In this document: in pieces, positions 1 through 8,575 of the stretch
How the letters are laid out: each line of letters opens with the position of its first letter
Numbering within the stretch: the stretch's first letter is position 1
Origin: a virus
DNA length: 64,000 bases
Virus record (IMG/VR): IMGVR_UViG_3300034062_002027
Reading direction: 5' to 3' (one strand)
Notes under the pieces: generated by a model
What the model was told of the DNA's origin: nothing
Database searches by the model: none
Seen by the model: the letters and a program-made list of their open reading frames with translations, nothing else
Made by a program: the position numbers and the translations under genes

Positions 1-214
1 CCTGAGCATTGTCATAAGCGATGGCTGCGCCTTCGTTCTTGACAGGAGCTGCGGAGAAGCCGGACAACTTAACTTCCTCTTCAAAGCTACGCTCTGAAGT
101 CTCGGTCTCGTAGATTTCCTTGTGCTGCTCGCCGTATTTAGCGTACTCCAAACCGAACAAAGCGTTCAAGCCGGGGAGAAGTTCTTTCAGCAGTTGTGCG
201 CGTGAAATAGCCAT
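1..214 (-). CDS. major capsid protein, N-terminal fragment (gene runs off the window start)
   Basis: ATG at 214 with GGAG upstream. My translation is MAISRAQLLKELLPGLNALFGLEYAKYGEQHKEIYETETSERSFEEEVKLSGFSAAPVKNEGAAIAYDNAQ, open to nt 1. It follows scaffold-like genes, and the complementary C-terminal fragment lies at the other window edge. Confidence 0.7.
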   Translation of the reverse strand, partial: MAISRAQLLKELLPGLNALFGLEYAKYGEQHKEIYETETSERSFEEEVKLSGFSAAPVKNEGAAIAYDNAQ

Positions 215-224
215 GATTTACTCC

Positions 225-821
225 TTAGACACCAGTGGTGTTGTTGTACTGGTGTGTGTTGATTTTCACCAACAACTCGGTGAAAGTGTCAGCAGCAGTA
301 GCTGTCTCAGGCACAACGTCGATCACACGGATTGGAAGGGTGGCAGTAGTGCCAGCGCCAGTCAAAGTGACGGCGAAAGCAGAATTACCGGTGGTGGTGT
401 TTCCAGCGTTCAGGACGAGCGCAAGGTTAGTACCAACAACAGTACGGCCAGCGGTGCCCATGGTCGTGCCAGAGGTTACGACAGCAACCTTGAACAGAGC
501 CATCGGGTCGTCAACAACGTAGGCCAGCGCCAGATTGGTGGACGTAGATGCCAAAGCGGGAATGAATTGACCTTGAACGGTTTGACCGCTCGAGTTCACG
601 TATTGCCCGCCCATGCACACGCCAACAATGTTGCCAGAGTCAGTTGTGGTGGATTTAACGAGAAAACCATCGCTGTTGATTACAACGGTATCGCCATCAA
701 AGATGGCAGTGCCGAAGCCAGCAGCTACGGGAATCTGACGAATTGCACCTGCGTACGGCATGCCATCAATACGATTGATTGCTTGCAGGCCGAAGGGTGC
801 CGAAACGGTGGGGTAAGCCAT
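225..821 (-). CDS. virion structural protein, possibly head decoration/cement protein
   Basis: 198 aa with a GGAG SD and T/G/A/V-rich beta-type composition. It lies directly upstream of the capsid gene. The function is guessed from position and a GD-x-V...G-x-V pattern only. Confidence 0.5.
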   Translation of the reverse strand: MAYPTVSAPFGLQAINRIDGMPYAGAIRQIPVAAGFGTAIFDGDTVVINSDGFLVKSTTTDSGNIVGVCMGGQYVNSSGQTVQGQFIPALASTSTNLALAYVVDDPMALFKVAVVTSGTTMGTAGRTVVGTNLALVLNAGNTTTGNSAFAVTLTGAGTTATLPIRVIDVVPETATAADTFTELLVKINTHQYNNTTGV

Positions 822-839
822 GTTTGGACTCCAAAAAAA

Positions 840-1307
840 TTAAATGCCTTTACCGAAAGTGACCTTTGTGCTGCGCTCTTTGAAAAGCGGCATACGCGGG
901 TCGTTCTCTCGCATGTAGGTGTTATCCACTGATTGCATCTGCGCATCTGCCTGTTGGGCGTAATACGCGTTCCGCTGCTCGGTGAACTCCACAGGTGTTT
1001 TGCAAAGCAACAAGCCACCAACTTCGATGCTGTCGGGGTAGTGGTTTTGCCCACTATTAAACAAGCGAATCTCAGGATGATCTGATGCTTTAACGGGCTC
1101 CCAGCCCTCTCGCCATTTGCCGGAAGCGTTCATGGCATCAGCCTTGCCAAGCGTGGCAATCCGAATCCAGCGATAAGCGTAACCCTCTTCCGGTGTCGGA
1201 TCGGGCAAAAGCTGGGGTGGCATCCATTTTTTTGGACGCTCGGTTGTTTCACGCGTTTGCAGAGCACGAGGCTCGCGGTTATCAAGTTCTGTTTTAGCCA
1301 TTTTCAT
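840..1307 (-). CDS. hypothetical head-module protein
   Basis: 155 aa. The ATG overlaps the upstream stop (ATGA). An alternative ATG at 1301 has better SD spacing (GAGGAA). Confidence 0.6.
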   Translation of the reverse strand: MKMAKTELDNREPRALQTRETTERPKKWMPPQLLPDPTPEEGYAYRWIRIATLGKADAMNASGKWREGWEPVKASDHPEIRLFNSGQNHYPDSIEVGGLLLCKTPVEFTEQRNAYYAQQADAQMQSVDNTYMRENDPRMPLFKERSTKVTFGKGI

Positions 1308-2260
1308 TTCCTCATTTCTGCCGCAACTGCACGGGCGTACTGCTCATTCGTCAGTCCCAACCGCTTAGCGAGTTCCACCTGCGTCCTTGTCAGCACGATC
1401 TTTTTAGGCGCTGTGCTGCGAGTTGCTGGTGCAACAACATTCGATTTCTTTGGAGAAGGAGTCGCATCCCCCAAAACTTCAGTATCCCCGGACTCGAACG
1501 CATCCGGAAAGACTTGTTTCATACGAGCATCGATGCGCTCGTAATATTCAGACGATGACGGCGTAATTCCAGATTTAACCAGCTTGTTGTGGAACCCCAA
1601 TGCAAAGCTGGTCATCTCGTCGTCATTGCCAAACCATGTGTTCTTATCTGTCCATTCCTGAGTTTTCGCATCAAGTTTGGGCCGAACTGGTTCAGCGGTA
1701 GGTATTTGTACCTGTTTTTCCTGCTCTTGTACAGGTGCTGGCCGAAAATTGTTTACACGCTCAGCTTTCATCTGAATCGAGGTCATTTTCAACTGGGCCG
1801 CAGTCAAGGCGTCAGAATCGCCACTTTCGTGAGCGGCCTTGAACTCTCGCTGCGCGTCCGCCAGCTCACTGGCTACAACCTTTTTAGCCTGCTCGAGGAG
1901 GGCGCTCTGGCCTTGGTGCAAGCTGCCTTTGAGTTTTTTGTTCTCTTCGACAACCTGCTGGGCAAGACGTACGGCCTCTTCGCGTTCCCGCAAAGCAGAC
2001 TCTTTGGCTCTACGCTCTTCGTGGTAGCCCTTGGTGAAGTGCTGAATGCGTTTACGAACGCCCTCGTCGTACTTGGAAAGCTCTTCGTCGGTTACATCCT
2101 TAGGAGGCTCTTCCATTGGCTTTCTGCCACGGTCCTCCTCGGGGGTGTCGTCAACAATCTCAACTTCTGGCTCGGCCTCTACAGCCTTTGATCCAGCGCG
2201 GGATTGCTTTTCCTCCACCTCGTCGGGGAAGGTAAATTCGGTTTTGTCAATTTCTGCCAT
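1304..2260 (-). CDS. scaffolding-like protein
   Basis: 318 aa, highly charged (E/K/Q/A-rich) with long coiled-coil-like stretches. It lies between the portal and capsid genes. Confidence 0.6.
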   Translation of the reverse strand: MAEIDKTEFTFPDEVEEKQSRAGSKAVEAEPEVEIVDDTPEEDRGRKPMEEPPKDVTDEELSKYDEGVRKRIQHFTKGYHEERRAKESALREREEAVRLAQQVVEENKKLKGSLHQGQSALLEQAKKVVASELADAQREFKAAHESGDSDALTAAQLKMTSIQMKAERVNNFRPAPVQEQEKQVQIPTAEPVRPKLDAKTQEWTDKNTWFGNDDEMTSFALGFHNKLVKSGITPSSSEYYERIDARMKQVFPDAFESGDTEVLGDATPSPKKSNVVAPATRSTAPKKIVLTRTQVELAKRLGLTNEQYARAVAAEMRK

Positions 2261-2269
2261 GGTTCCTCC

Positions 2270-2671
2270 TTAAACGCGCTGAATGCCGCGTGGGTCTTCG
2301 ACCACAGCCTCGACAGAGTCATCGTTGATGATCCGCCACTCGGTCCCGTGAATCTTCATTCGCGTTCCAGTGTTGGGTCTCACGATCACAAAGTCACCCA
2401 CCTTGCAGCTTGGGCCGCTTGGGAAACGTTTCTCATCTTTGAATGCATCTGGCCCGATCTTTGCCACAAACAGCACGGGCGACAGCAGCTCTTCAAACTG
2501 CATTGTCTGGTTGGCTTTAAGTAAGCCGCCCTCGTACTCTTCCTTGGCTTCTGGGAGCATGCACAGAAGATGGTAGGTTTGCGGGTCTGGAATCTGTGTG
2601 GCCTTGTCCTCAACAGTCTTGTTGAGAAGGCCAGACAGATCAACCGCCTGAACATCAAAGTTAGTCGTCAT
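2270..2671 (-). CDS. hypothetical protein with weak GroES/Cpn10-like pattern
   Basis: 133 aa. The C-terminal pattern KVGDFVIVRPNTGTRMKIHGTEWRIINDDSVEAVVE resembles the GroES KVGDxV...G....I.G.EY.I..E.DILAIV pattern. Judged by eye only. Confidence 0.4.
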   Translation of the reverse strand: MTTNFDVQAVDLSGLLNKTVEDKATQIPDPQTYHLLCMLPEAKEEYEGGLLKANQTMQFEELLSPVLFVAKIGPDAFKDEKRFPSGPSCKVGDFVIVRPNTGTRMKIHGTEWRIINDDSVEAVVEDPRGIQRV

Positions 2672-2858
2672 TGTCGTCTTTCAGTTTACGCACGAGGTCG
2701 CCAATTTCACGCTGTGCGGTCTGGAGACCTCGGATGACCCCGCACAACTCTCGGTAGTTGGCATAGTCTTTCGACTGGCCCACCACCAAAGCTTCTGAAT
2801 GACTTTTGACATGCTCCTCAATTCTTTTGTTGAGAAGCTCCAAAATTTGGTTGTCCAT
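2661..2858 (-). CDS. hypothetical small helical protein
   Basis: 65-aa ORF immediately downstream of the portal gene. It overlaps the next gene by 11 nt. Confidence 0.5.
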   Translation of the reverse strand: MDNQILELLNKRIEEHVKSHSEALVVGQSKDYANYRELCGVIRGLQTAQREIGDLVRKLKDDNDD

Positions 2859-2866
2859 GTTTCCTC

Positions 2867-5368
2867 TTAGTTCTCCGGCGATTTAGCAGCCGGTCTGTTT
2901 AAACGCTCCATCAGCTTAGCCTGCATCTTGGCGGATGCTTCCTGTTGCTTTTGGCTCATCTTTTGTTCAAACTCCTGCTGACGCTGAGCCATCTCTTGCT
3001 CGTGCAGTTGTCTGTCCATGATCATTTCTTGCTGCATTTTTGCTGCGGCAACCTCCGGGTTCTCGCCCTGACGGTTTGCGGCCTCTTGGGCTTTGAGCTG
3101 AAGTTCTTGCTGGCGGACAGCCAAGTCGCCCTGAACCTTTTGCTCTTTGATTGAGGCGTCTTTCATCTTGATCTGCAGCTCTTGTTGCTGCATTTGGACC
3201 AGTGGGTCTTGGGCTTGTTGCTGGGCTTGCTGCTGAGCAGCCTGACCTTTGCTCTGAGCTAGAACCTGCTGGGATGCTTGAGCAACCAGACGCGACAACT
3301 GAACCTCAACATCCTCTGGCAGGTCTTCATCGGGCTTGGGCATGGGCACGCCCAACTGCTCTTCGACCTTCTTGCGGTAGGCAAATGCCAAGTGCTCTGA
3401 GATGTGGGCCATGATTTCGGCCTGCATCTTTTGCGCTTGTGGGTTCTGACCAATCTGCGCGGCCATCAGGGGGTCTTGCATCAAAGCCATGTGGACTGCG
3501 ATGTGTGCGTCATGGTCTTGGTAGATGAACGCCTTGGTGGGCTTTCCGTTCAGAAATGCCATGTTCTCGCTGACTGGGTCGCGTGGCTTCATGTCATCAT
3601 CAATTGGAACCAGCTTGTCTGCGTTCTTGATTCCCAAGACCTCGATCATCTGACGGTGCAACTGCGGTAGGTCATAGATTTGAGGAGCCTGCGCGGCCAA
3701 CTGAATCACAGCTTGGTACTGCATGATCCGCTGGGCCATTGTGGAGCTGTTTGGATCACTGACCGGGATAACCTCGACCATGTCGTAGTCTTCCCGCTTA
3801 GCCATGCGGTCACCGCCTTGGGGCTCGTACTCGTATTCGCTTGGGGTGTTGTCGCGGATGATTTCCTTGAGCAGTTTAAATTCCTGCTTCATGGCGTAGT
3901 GGACCCGGGCTTGAACTGCGCTCATGGTTTTGAGTTGACGCTCCAGCAACGCCAGAGTTGTGCCGACAGGAGAGTTGGCACTCATGTCGCTGATGTTCAT
4001 ATCAGCGATGGAGCCCAGACGGCGGCCCTCTTCTGTGATGCGGTCAAGCAGAACAGCCAGAACTTGTGACGGCTCCTTGTATGGCAGGGGCATGATGTTG
4101 TCACGCACTGTGCCACCGGGCACGTCCACATCTCGCCATTCTCCGGGAGCGATTGGGGTGTCATCTCCTTTAATCCGCAGACCACGCGACTTCAAGCCAC
4201 CGGGCAGGTTGGACAGAGTTCCTGCGTCCACCAACTGACGGATCAGGGATGTACCCGCACGGGCATAGCCGCCGATCAGGTGGATGTAGCCGAAACCATA
4301 AGCGCCAAAACCGGGTACGTAGTCATACTGAACGAAATGCTGGCGCTTGATTTTTTTCTTGTCGGTCTCGTTCCAGTTACGGTAGACCGACAGAACCTTG
4401 CTGGTTCCCTTGTCGATGGTAACGATGTAAGGAAGAGCAATGCCATCCTTGTCCTCGTACCCGGGCATGTCGTAGTCCACTTGAATCTCAAGGAACTGAT
4501 AACGCTCGTCTTCGGTGACGGAGTAGCCCTGCTCTTCGGCTTTCTTTTTCTCCACATCGTTGTGGATCATGACGGGCTCACCCAGCTCAACATCACGGTA
4601 GAAGCCTGCGACCTGAAGCTTCTTGACATCGTTCTTTGTCTTGCGCATCACATGGGTAACGCGCTCGGCAGAGCGAGCACCCGATGAGCCGTAGGGGATG
4701 ACGATGTCTTCGGCGGGGCAGAAGATGGCTACCTGACGGCCAAGGCCGGGATCGAAGTAAACCTTCTTGAAGGCGGAGCCTGCCAGACCCAAGTTGAACA
4801 GCATGCGCTCATGCTCCGGGCGGTATTCAGGCATGCCGTCAACCAACTGGAAGTTCATGTCGGTGCGGACTCGCTCGGCTGCGTCTTCTTTCAATTTGTC
4901 GATTGCGCCAATGATCTGCGTTTTGACGGGGCCTTGAGCGGGGAAGGTCTCAATGATGGTCTCGGACTGGAAGCGGACTGCGGCTTCTGTCAGGAGGGTG
5001 GAGAAGACGCCACAGGCCCCCGTCCAAGGCTCGGTGCGCTCCTCATACTTCATGCCAAGGACCTCGAGCCCTCGCACATACATCTCTACCCATTCTTTAC
5101 GAGATGAGATGTCAGATTCCACTTCTCCTACCAAGTCAGAGCCAAGCTTTTCAAGCTCACCCTCATCCATAAACTCTGCCAAGTTGGCCTCGAACGACTC
5201 CTCTTCTTCTGGCATAAGGTCGATTGCCATGCCGTCGATGCCGATGATTACATCGTCGGGGTTCTCGATGATGATCTCCACTGCGGGGGTGTCATCTTGA
5301 ATCATGTCTGAGAAATCAATCCCCTCAGGGGCCGGGGAGAGAGACGAAACCATGCTGCTTGTTGCCAT
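2867..5368 (-). CDS. portal protein
   Basis: 833 aa with an AAGGA SD, directly downstream of terL. The size and acidic N-terminus are typical of portals. The last ~140 aa form a Q/E/K-rich coiled coil (QQQAQQQAQ...), reminiscent of a P22-type portal barrel. Confidence 0.8.
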   Translation of the reverse strand: MATSSMVSSLSPAPEGIDFSDMIQDDTPAVEIIIENPDDVIIGIDGMAIDLMPEEEESFEANLAEFMDEGELEKLGSDLVGEVESDISSRKEWVEMYVRGLEVLGMKYEERTEPWTGACGVFSTLLTEAAVRFQSETIIETFPAQGPVKTQIIGAIDKLKEDAAERVRTDMNFQLVDGMPEYRPEHERMLFNLGLAGSAFKKVYFDPGLGRQVAIFCPAEDIVIPYGSSGARSAERVTHVMRKTKNDVKKLQVAGFYRDVELGEPVMIHNDVEKKKAEEQGYSVTEDERYQFLEIQVDYDMPGYEDKDGIALPYIVTIDKGTSKVLSVYRNWNETDKKKIKRQHFVQYDYVPGFGAYGFGYIHLIGGYARAGTSLIRQLVDAGTLSNLPGGLKSRGLRIKGDDTPIAPGEWRDVDVPGGTVRDNIMPLPYKEPSQVLAVLLDRITEEGRRLGSIADMNISDMSANSPVGTTLALLERQLKTMSAVQARVHYAMKQEFKLLKEIIRDNTPSEYEYEPQGGDRMAKREDYDMVEVIPVSDPNSSTMAQRIMQYQAVIQLAAQAPQIYDLPQLHRQMIEVLGIKNADKLVPIDDDMKPRDPVSENMAFLNGKPTKAFIYQDHDAHIAVHMALMQDPLMAAQIGQNPQAQKMQAEIMAHISEHLAFAYRKKVEEQLGVPMPKPDEDLPEDVEVQLSRLVAQASQQVLAQSKGQAAQQQAQQQAQDPLVQMQQQELQIKMKDASIKEQKVQGDLAVRQQELQLKAQEAANRQGENPEVAAAKMQQEMIMDRQLHEQEMAQRQQEFEQKMSQKQQEASAKMQAKLMERLNRPAAKSPEN

Positions 5369-5376
5369 GACGATCC

Positions 5377-6870
5377 TTAATAGAAGGCGGTTTTGCGCCG
5401 GAAATAACGCTGCTCTTCGGGCTCATCAGATTCAATCTGAATGAATCCACCTCTTCTAAATCGAAGCAAGGCTTGGCTTGTTGAGTCCACAAGGTCGTCG
5501 TTTTCGCCGTTTGGGAACGCGGCCAACTCCTCCATCAACTCATCTGCCCATCGGGTTTCTGGACACCAAACAACTCCGGAAGCGAAAAGGTCTGAGATAG
5601 CGTTTACACGCGCAATCTTATCGCTTCCTTTGCCCGGTGTGTACTCCTCAAGCAAGATTCCTGTCTGCCGAAGCTCATAGATCAGCGGAGCGCCTGCCGC
5701 TTTCTTCTCCACAATCAGGGTATCTGGCTCCCATTCCTTGTACATCTCAAAAGCTTTTTGTTTAAGCTCAGGAAACTCCATGCGAGCTTTAAACGCATCC
5801 AGACAGATGATGTTGGTCTTCAGATTGCCCAAGCTGTCGGGGTGCTCGAAGATTCCCCACGTTGTGCAGGCTGAATAGTCTGCCCTGTTGGACTTTTCAA
5901 AGGCGGTATCCCAGCTTTGGATGATGTAATCGCACTGCGGAGCGGTGTCCGACTCCCAAATGCGCCACTGATCACGCTTAATGATCGCGCCTTCTTCGGA
6001 TGTGGGGTTCTGTTGGTACTGCGCTTCCCATTTGGCGACAGGAATCTCAGCCTTGATGGCTTCAAGTTCCGTTTTCTTCCAAAATCCGGGCCACAAAGGG
6101 GTTCCTGAGGGCAAAATCGCAGGAAACTCTATAACTTCCCAGTCATCCACGCCATCTTTTGAGGCATTTTTAAGAATCTGCCCAGTCAAATCTCTCTTTG
6201 ACCAGCGCGTCATCACGATGATGATCGCTCCCCCGGGCTGTAAACGCTGACGAGGGCCGGATGTGTACCACTCATACACGTTGTCATACACAGCGGGGTT
6301 GCCTTGCTTGGCCTCCTGCTCCGAATGCGGGTCATCAATGATCAGAAGGTCGGCTCCCTTACCCGTGACGGCTCCGCCGACACCAATAGCGAAGTAGTCG
6401 CCGCCTGCGTGGGTGTTCCAGCGACCTGCTGCCTTTGAATCAGAGGACAGTTTGGTGTCAAACACCCGGGAGAAGGCCTCAGAGGAGACCAAGTTCCTCA
6501 CCTTCCGGCCAAAGCCTACGGCAAGTTCTGCGGTGTGGGCAGTCTGGATGATCTTTTTCTCCGGGAATCTGCCCAAGAACCACGCAGGCAGGAGGTAGGA
6601 GGCAAACTCAGACTTGGTGTGCCGAGGAGGCATGTTGATGATGAGCCTCTTGAGTTGCCCCTTGGCAACTCTCTCAAAAGCATTCGCCATGATCTGGTGG
6701 TGCTTCCCAGAGATAAACCCCGGCCACATGTGGGAGGCGTAATAAATGAAGGACTCTTGGCACTTCTCCACTCTGTCGTACTCAAGAAGCATCATGATCT
6801 TGGCACGCTCCGCCTCATCCACAAGAGGAATCAATGCCCGGTAATCCTCCACCTCCTTACGGCTCATCAT
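5377..6870 (-). CDS. terL: terminase large subunit
   Basis: 497 aa. A Walker-A-like segment (NMPPRHTKSE) and a DLLIIDD Walker B are followed by a C-terminal RNaseH-like nuclease pattern (WDTAF...D.S). This is the typical terL layout, next to the portal gene. Confidence 0.9.
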   Translation of the reverse strand: MMSRKEVEDYRALIPLVDEAERAKIMMLLEYDRVEKCQESFIYYASHMWPGFISGKHHQIMANAFERVAKGQLKRLIINMPPRHTKSEFASYLLPAWFLGRFPEKKIIQTAHTAELAVGFGRKVRNLVSSEAFSRVFDTKLSSDSKAAGRWNTHAGGDYFAIGVGGAVTGKGADLLIIDDPHSEQEAKQGNPAVYDNVYEWYTSGPRQRLQPGGAIIIVMTRWSKRDLTGQILKNASKDGVDDWEVIEFPAILPSGTPLWPGFWKKTELEAIKAEIPVAKWEAQYQQNPTSEEGAIIKRDQWRIWESDTAPQCDYIIQSWDTAFEKSNRADYSACTTWGIFEHPDSLGNLKTNIICLDAFKARMEFPELKQKAFEMYKEWEPDTLIVEKKAAGAPLIYELRQTGILLEEYTPGKGSDKIARVNAISDLFASGVVWCPETRWADELMEELAAFPNGENDDLVDSTSQALLRFRRGGFIQIESDEPEEQRYFRRKTAFY

Positions 6871-7097
6871 AGCGAAGCAACTTCCCGAACACTGCGGTCA
6901 ATTACCCGGATGGAGTTGAACTGGTACGGCTTCACCGCAACCAATCCCTCATCCTTCAATTTATGGATGATCCGGTGAATGTTGGACTTACTGCGCATGC
7001 TGAGACCCTTGGCAATCACAGCATAAGACGGCGATACACCATGAAGCTTGATGTAAGCCTTGATGAAGTCCAGCACCAATTTATGTTTCTCCGGCAT
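6867..7097 (-). CDS. LexA-N-terminal-like winged-helix DNA-binding protein (DNA-binding domain only)
   Basis: I chose the internal ATG at 7097 (GAGGTGG SD). The sequence MPEKHKLVLDFIKAYIKLHGVSPSYAVIAKGLSMRSKSNIHRIIHKLKDEGLV aligns by eye with the LexA DNA-binding domain. There is no protease domain. The stop overlaps the terL start (ATGA). Confidence 0.6.
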   Translation of the reverse strand: MPEKHKLVLDFIKAYIKLHGVSPSYAVIAKGLSMRSKSNIHRIIHKLKDEGLVAVKPYQFNSIRVIDRSVREVASL

Positions 7098-7136
7098 AGC
7101 CACCTCGTGTAAACAGCGGTAGTTTAAACGCAAAAC

Positions 7137-7156
7137 GAACGTTCGTGCGAACATTC
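7137..7156. promoter_or_regulatory. tandem palindromic boxes GAACGTTC-N4-GAACATTC (candidate operator)
   Basis: Read directly from the sequence. It lies in the 5' leader of the wHTH-terL unit, just downstream of an AT-rich TATATATA stretch. Confidence 0.4.
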
Positions 7157-7275
7157 TGAAAAATATATATACCCCCGGGGGGTGGGGAATTTGGAAGCAA
7201 TGGGGGTATGTTGGGGAATGTGATGGGATGTGTGGATTACAGCGTAAGCGGGAGCGGGGCCGTCAGCGAGCATTT

Positions 7276-7298
7276 GGGGTGGTGGGGGATGGGTGGGG
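7276..7298 (+). other. G-quadruplex-forming motif GGGGTGGTGGGGGATGGGTGGGG
   Basis: Four or more G-runs with loops of <=4 nt on the plus strand. It is embedded in a 240-nt G-run-rich spacer between terS and the wHTH gene, and a C5G6 palindrome lies at 7172-7182. Confidence 0.45.
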
Positions 7299-7397
7299 TC
7301 GCCGTCCCAGCCGTTTACACGCACCGCCTGCCAGCCACAGGTGATAGTTCCCCCTCCCTGATGACCGTTGCCCTTCCCCATGCCTCTCCCCTTGCGT

Positions 7398-8036
7398 TTA
7401 CACGGCCTTGGCCTTGAGTGGCTTCACGTTGTCCAGTAGCTTGAGGTGACCTGAGAGTTCCTTACGCAACTGCTCTGCGCTGACCTTCTCAGTGGTCTCT
7501 GCGGCCTGTGGTTGGAACATCCCTGCGGCTCTGCCCATGAGTTCCAAGGCCTTTAAACGGGAGCCTTCTTGCTTGCCTCCCTTGCTAAGTGCCAAAAGCT
7601 CTTTGAGCACATACCGTTTGGTTGCGGATACGTCTTCGGCTAAGACCTCGACTGTCTCCCCCCAAGCTTCCTGAAGTGCCTTCTGTATCCGTTCATCCTT
7701 GCTCAGTCTGTATGCACTGGATGTGATCACCTGATCATTGCCCTTGGCGTTTGGGTATGCATCCCTGTAGGCTTGTCTCATGGTTTTCCCAATGATCATG
7801 CCCTTTGTGAATTCCATCTGGCTTGCTGTCAATGGCTTGGGTCTGCTGTATGCATCTGCTCCCTTTGGCTTTCCATCTACTCTCATAGGCGGTGGGCTTG
7901 CGTGAGCGGCTAACCGTTCCGCTTCGCTCAGTTCTGCCTCATCCTCCCAGCCCTCGCCGTCTGTTTCATCCATCGCCTCCAGTGCGTCCAACAGTTCGTT
8001 TTTGCTGGCCCGTCCCGGCATCCTTGTCTCATCCAT
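7398..8036 (-). CDS. terS: terminase small subunit
   Basis: 212 aa. The segment LTASQMEFTKGMIIGKTMRQAYRDAYPN...ASSAYRLSKDERIQ...KALELMGRAAGMF matches the terminase small subunit (P27/Terminase_2-like) pattern as I remember it. It is the first gene of the late operon. Confidence 0.75.
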   Translation of the reverse strand: MDETRMPGRASKNELLDALEAMDETDGEGWEDEAELSEAERLAAHASPPPMRVDGKPKGADAYSRPKPLTASQMEFTKGMIIGKTMRQAYRDAYPNAKGNDQVITSSAYRLSKDERIQKALQEAWGETVEVLAEDVSATKRYVLKELLALSKGGKQEGSRLKALELMGRAAGMFQPQAAETTEKVSAEQLRKELSGHLKLLDNVKPLKAKAV

Positions 8037-8090
8037 CGCAGTTCCCCTGTAGTTTCATCCAGCCTGTGTGTTTACACAGCACCGTTCTCA

Positions 8091-8185
8091 TTATCCACAG
8101 CCTGTGCATAACGTCAAGTTATCCACAGCCACCTGTGGACAGTGTGGATAACCTTGTCCACACCTTATCCCCAGCTTTATTCACA
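8091..8185. promoter_or_regulatory. DnaA-box cluster (candidate replication origin)
   Basis: TTATCCACA occurs at 8091 and 8119, and TGTGGATAA (reverse orientation) at 8143. Near-matches are TTGTCCACA at 8154, TTATCCCCA at 8165 and TTATTCACA at 8177. A moderately AT-rich stretch lies at 8224-8277. Confidence 0.6.
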
Positions 8186-8383
8186 CCCTCTCTTTTGTGT
8201 ACCACAGTGCTACTGCAACCATCAAATGTAAGCGCGAACTGTATAAACATACATGGCTCTAGAATCGATTTAAACAGGCCTTCCAGCCACTTTGACCCTT
8301 ACCCGCCACTACCCCCCTAGCTTCTCATTTGACCCCCCTTGCTGGCCGTTTTAACGAATATCAGTACTTGCTTATCCTTAACG

Positions 8384-8411
8384 AAAGTACTCAGTTTCAT
8401 GTGAGTACTTT
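8384..8411. promoter_or_regulatory. perfect 10-bp inverted repeat AAAGTACTCA-N8-TGAGTACTTT (operator or hairpin)
   Basis: Read directly from the sequence. A third AGTACT lies at 8363. The element is in the divergent early/late control region. Confidence 0.4.
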
Positions 8412-8544
8412 TTAGTCCAACTCACCAGAATGCACCCAACATATATAGATACACACCATCTGGCAGTCACCCTGTAGACCCCCTCACCATCAGCACCCAG
8501 CACCTCATCATCTGGAGTACCCACACGGTTTACTCGGGTATTGT

Positions 8545-8575
8545 TTGACACCTGTTTACACACTAGTGGTATCAT
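8545..8575 (+). promoter_or_regulatory. candidate sigma70-type early promoter
   Basis: TTGACA at 8545, a 19-nt spacer, then TGgTATCAT (extended -10) ending at 8575, pointing toward the early genes. The spacer is long, so this is tentative. Confidence 0.3.

Noticed and set aside
7137-7152. Alphaproteobacterial-type SOS box (GAAC-N7-GAAC)
   Set aside because: The spacing here is N8, and the boxes are better described as two GAACRTTC palindromes. This is therefore not a canonical host LexA box.
7124-7381. 85-aa P/H/G-rich minus-strand ORF filling the terS-wHTH spacer
   Set aside because: It does have an AGGGGAG-like SD 4-5 nt upstream. However, the translation (GHQGGG...PTHPPPPQ...HTSHHIPQHTP) simply reflects the C-run-rich strand. 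I treat the region as non-coding (G4/operator) but cannot exclude translation.
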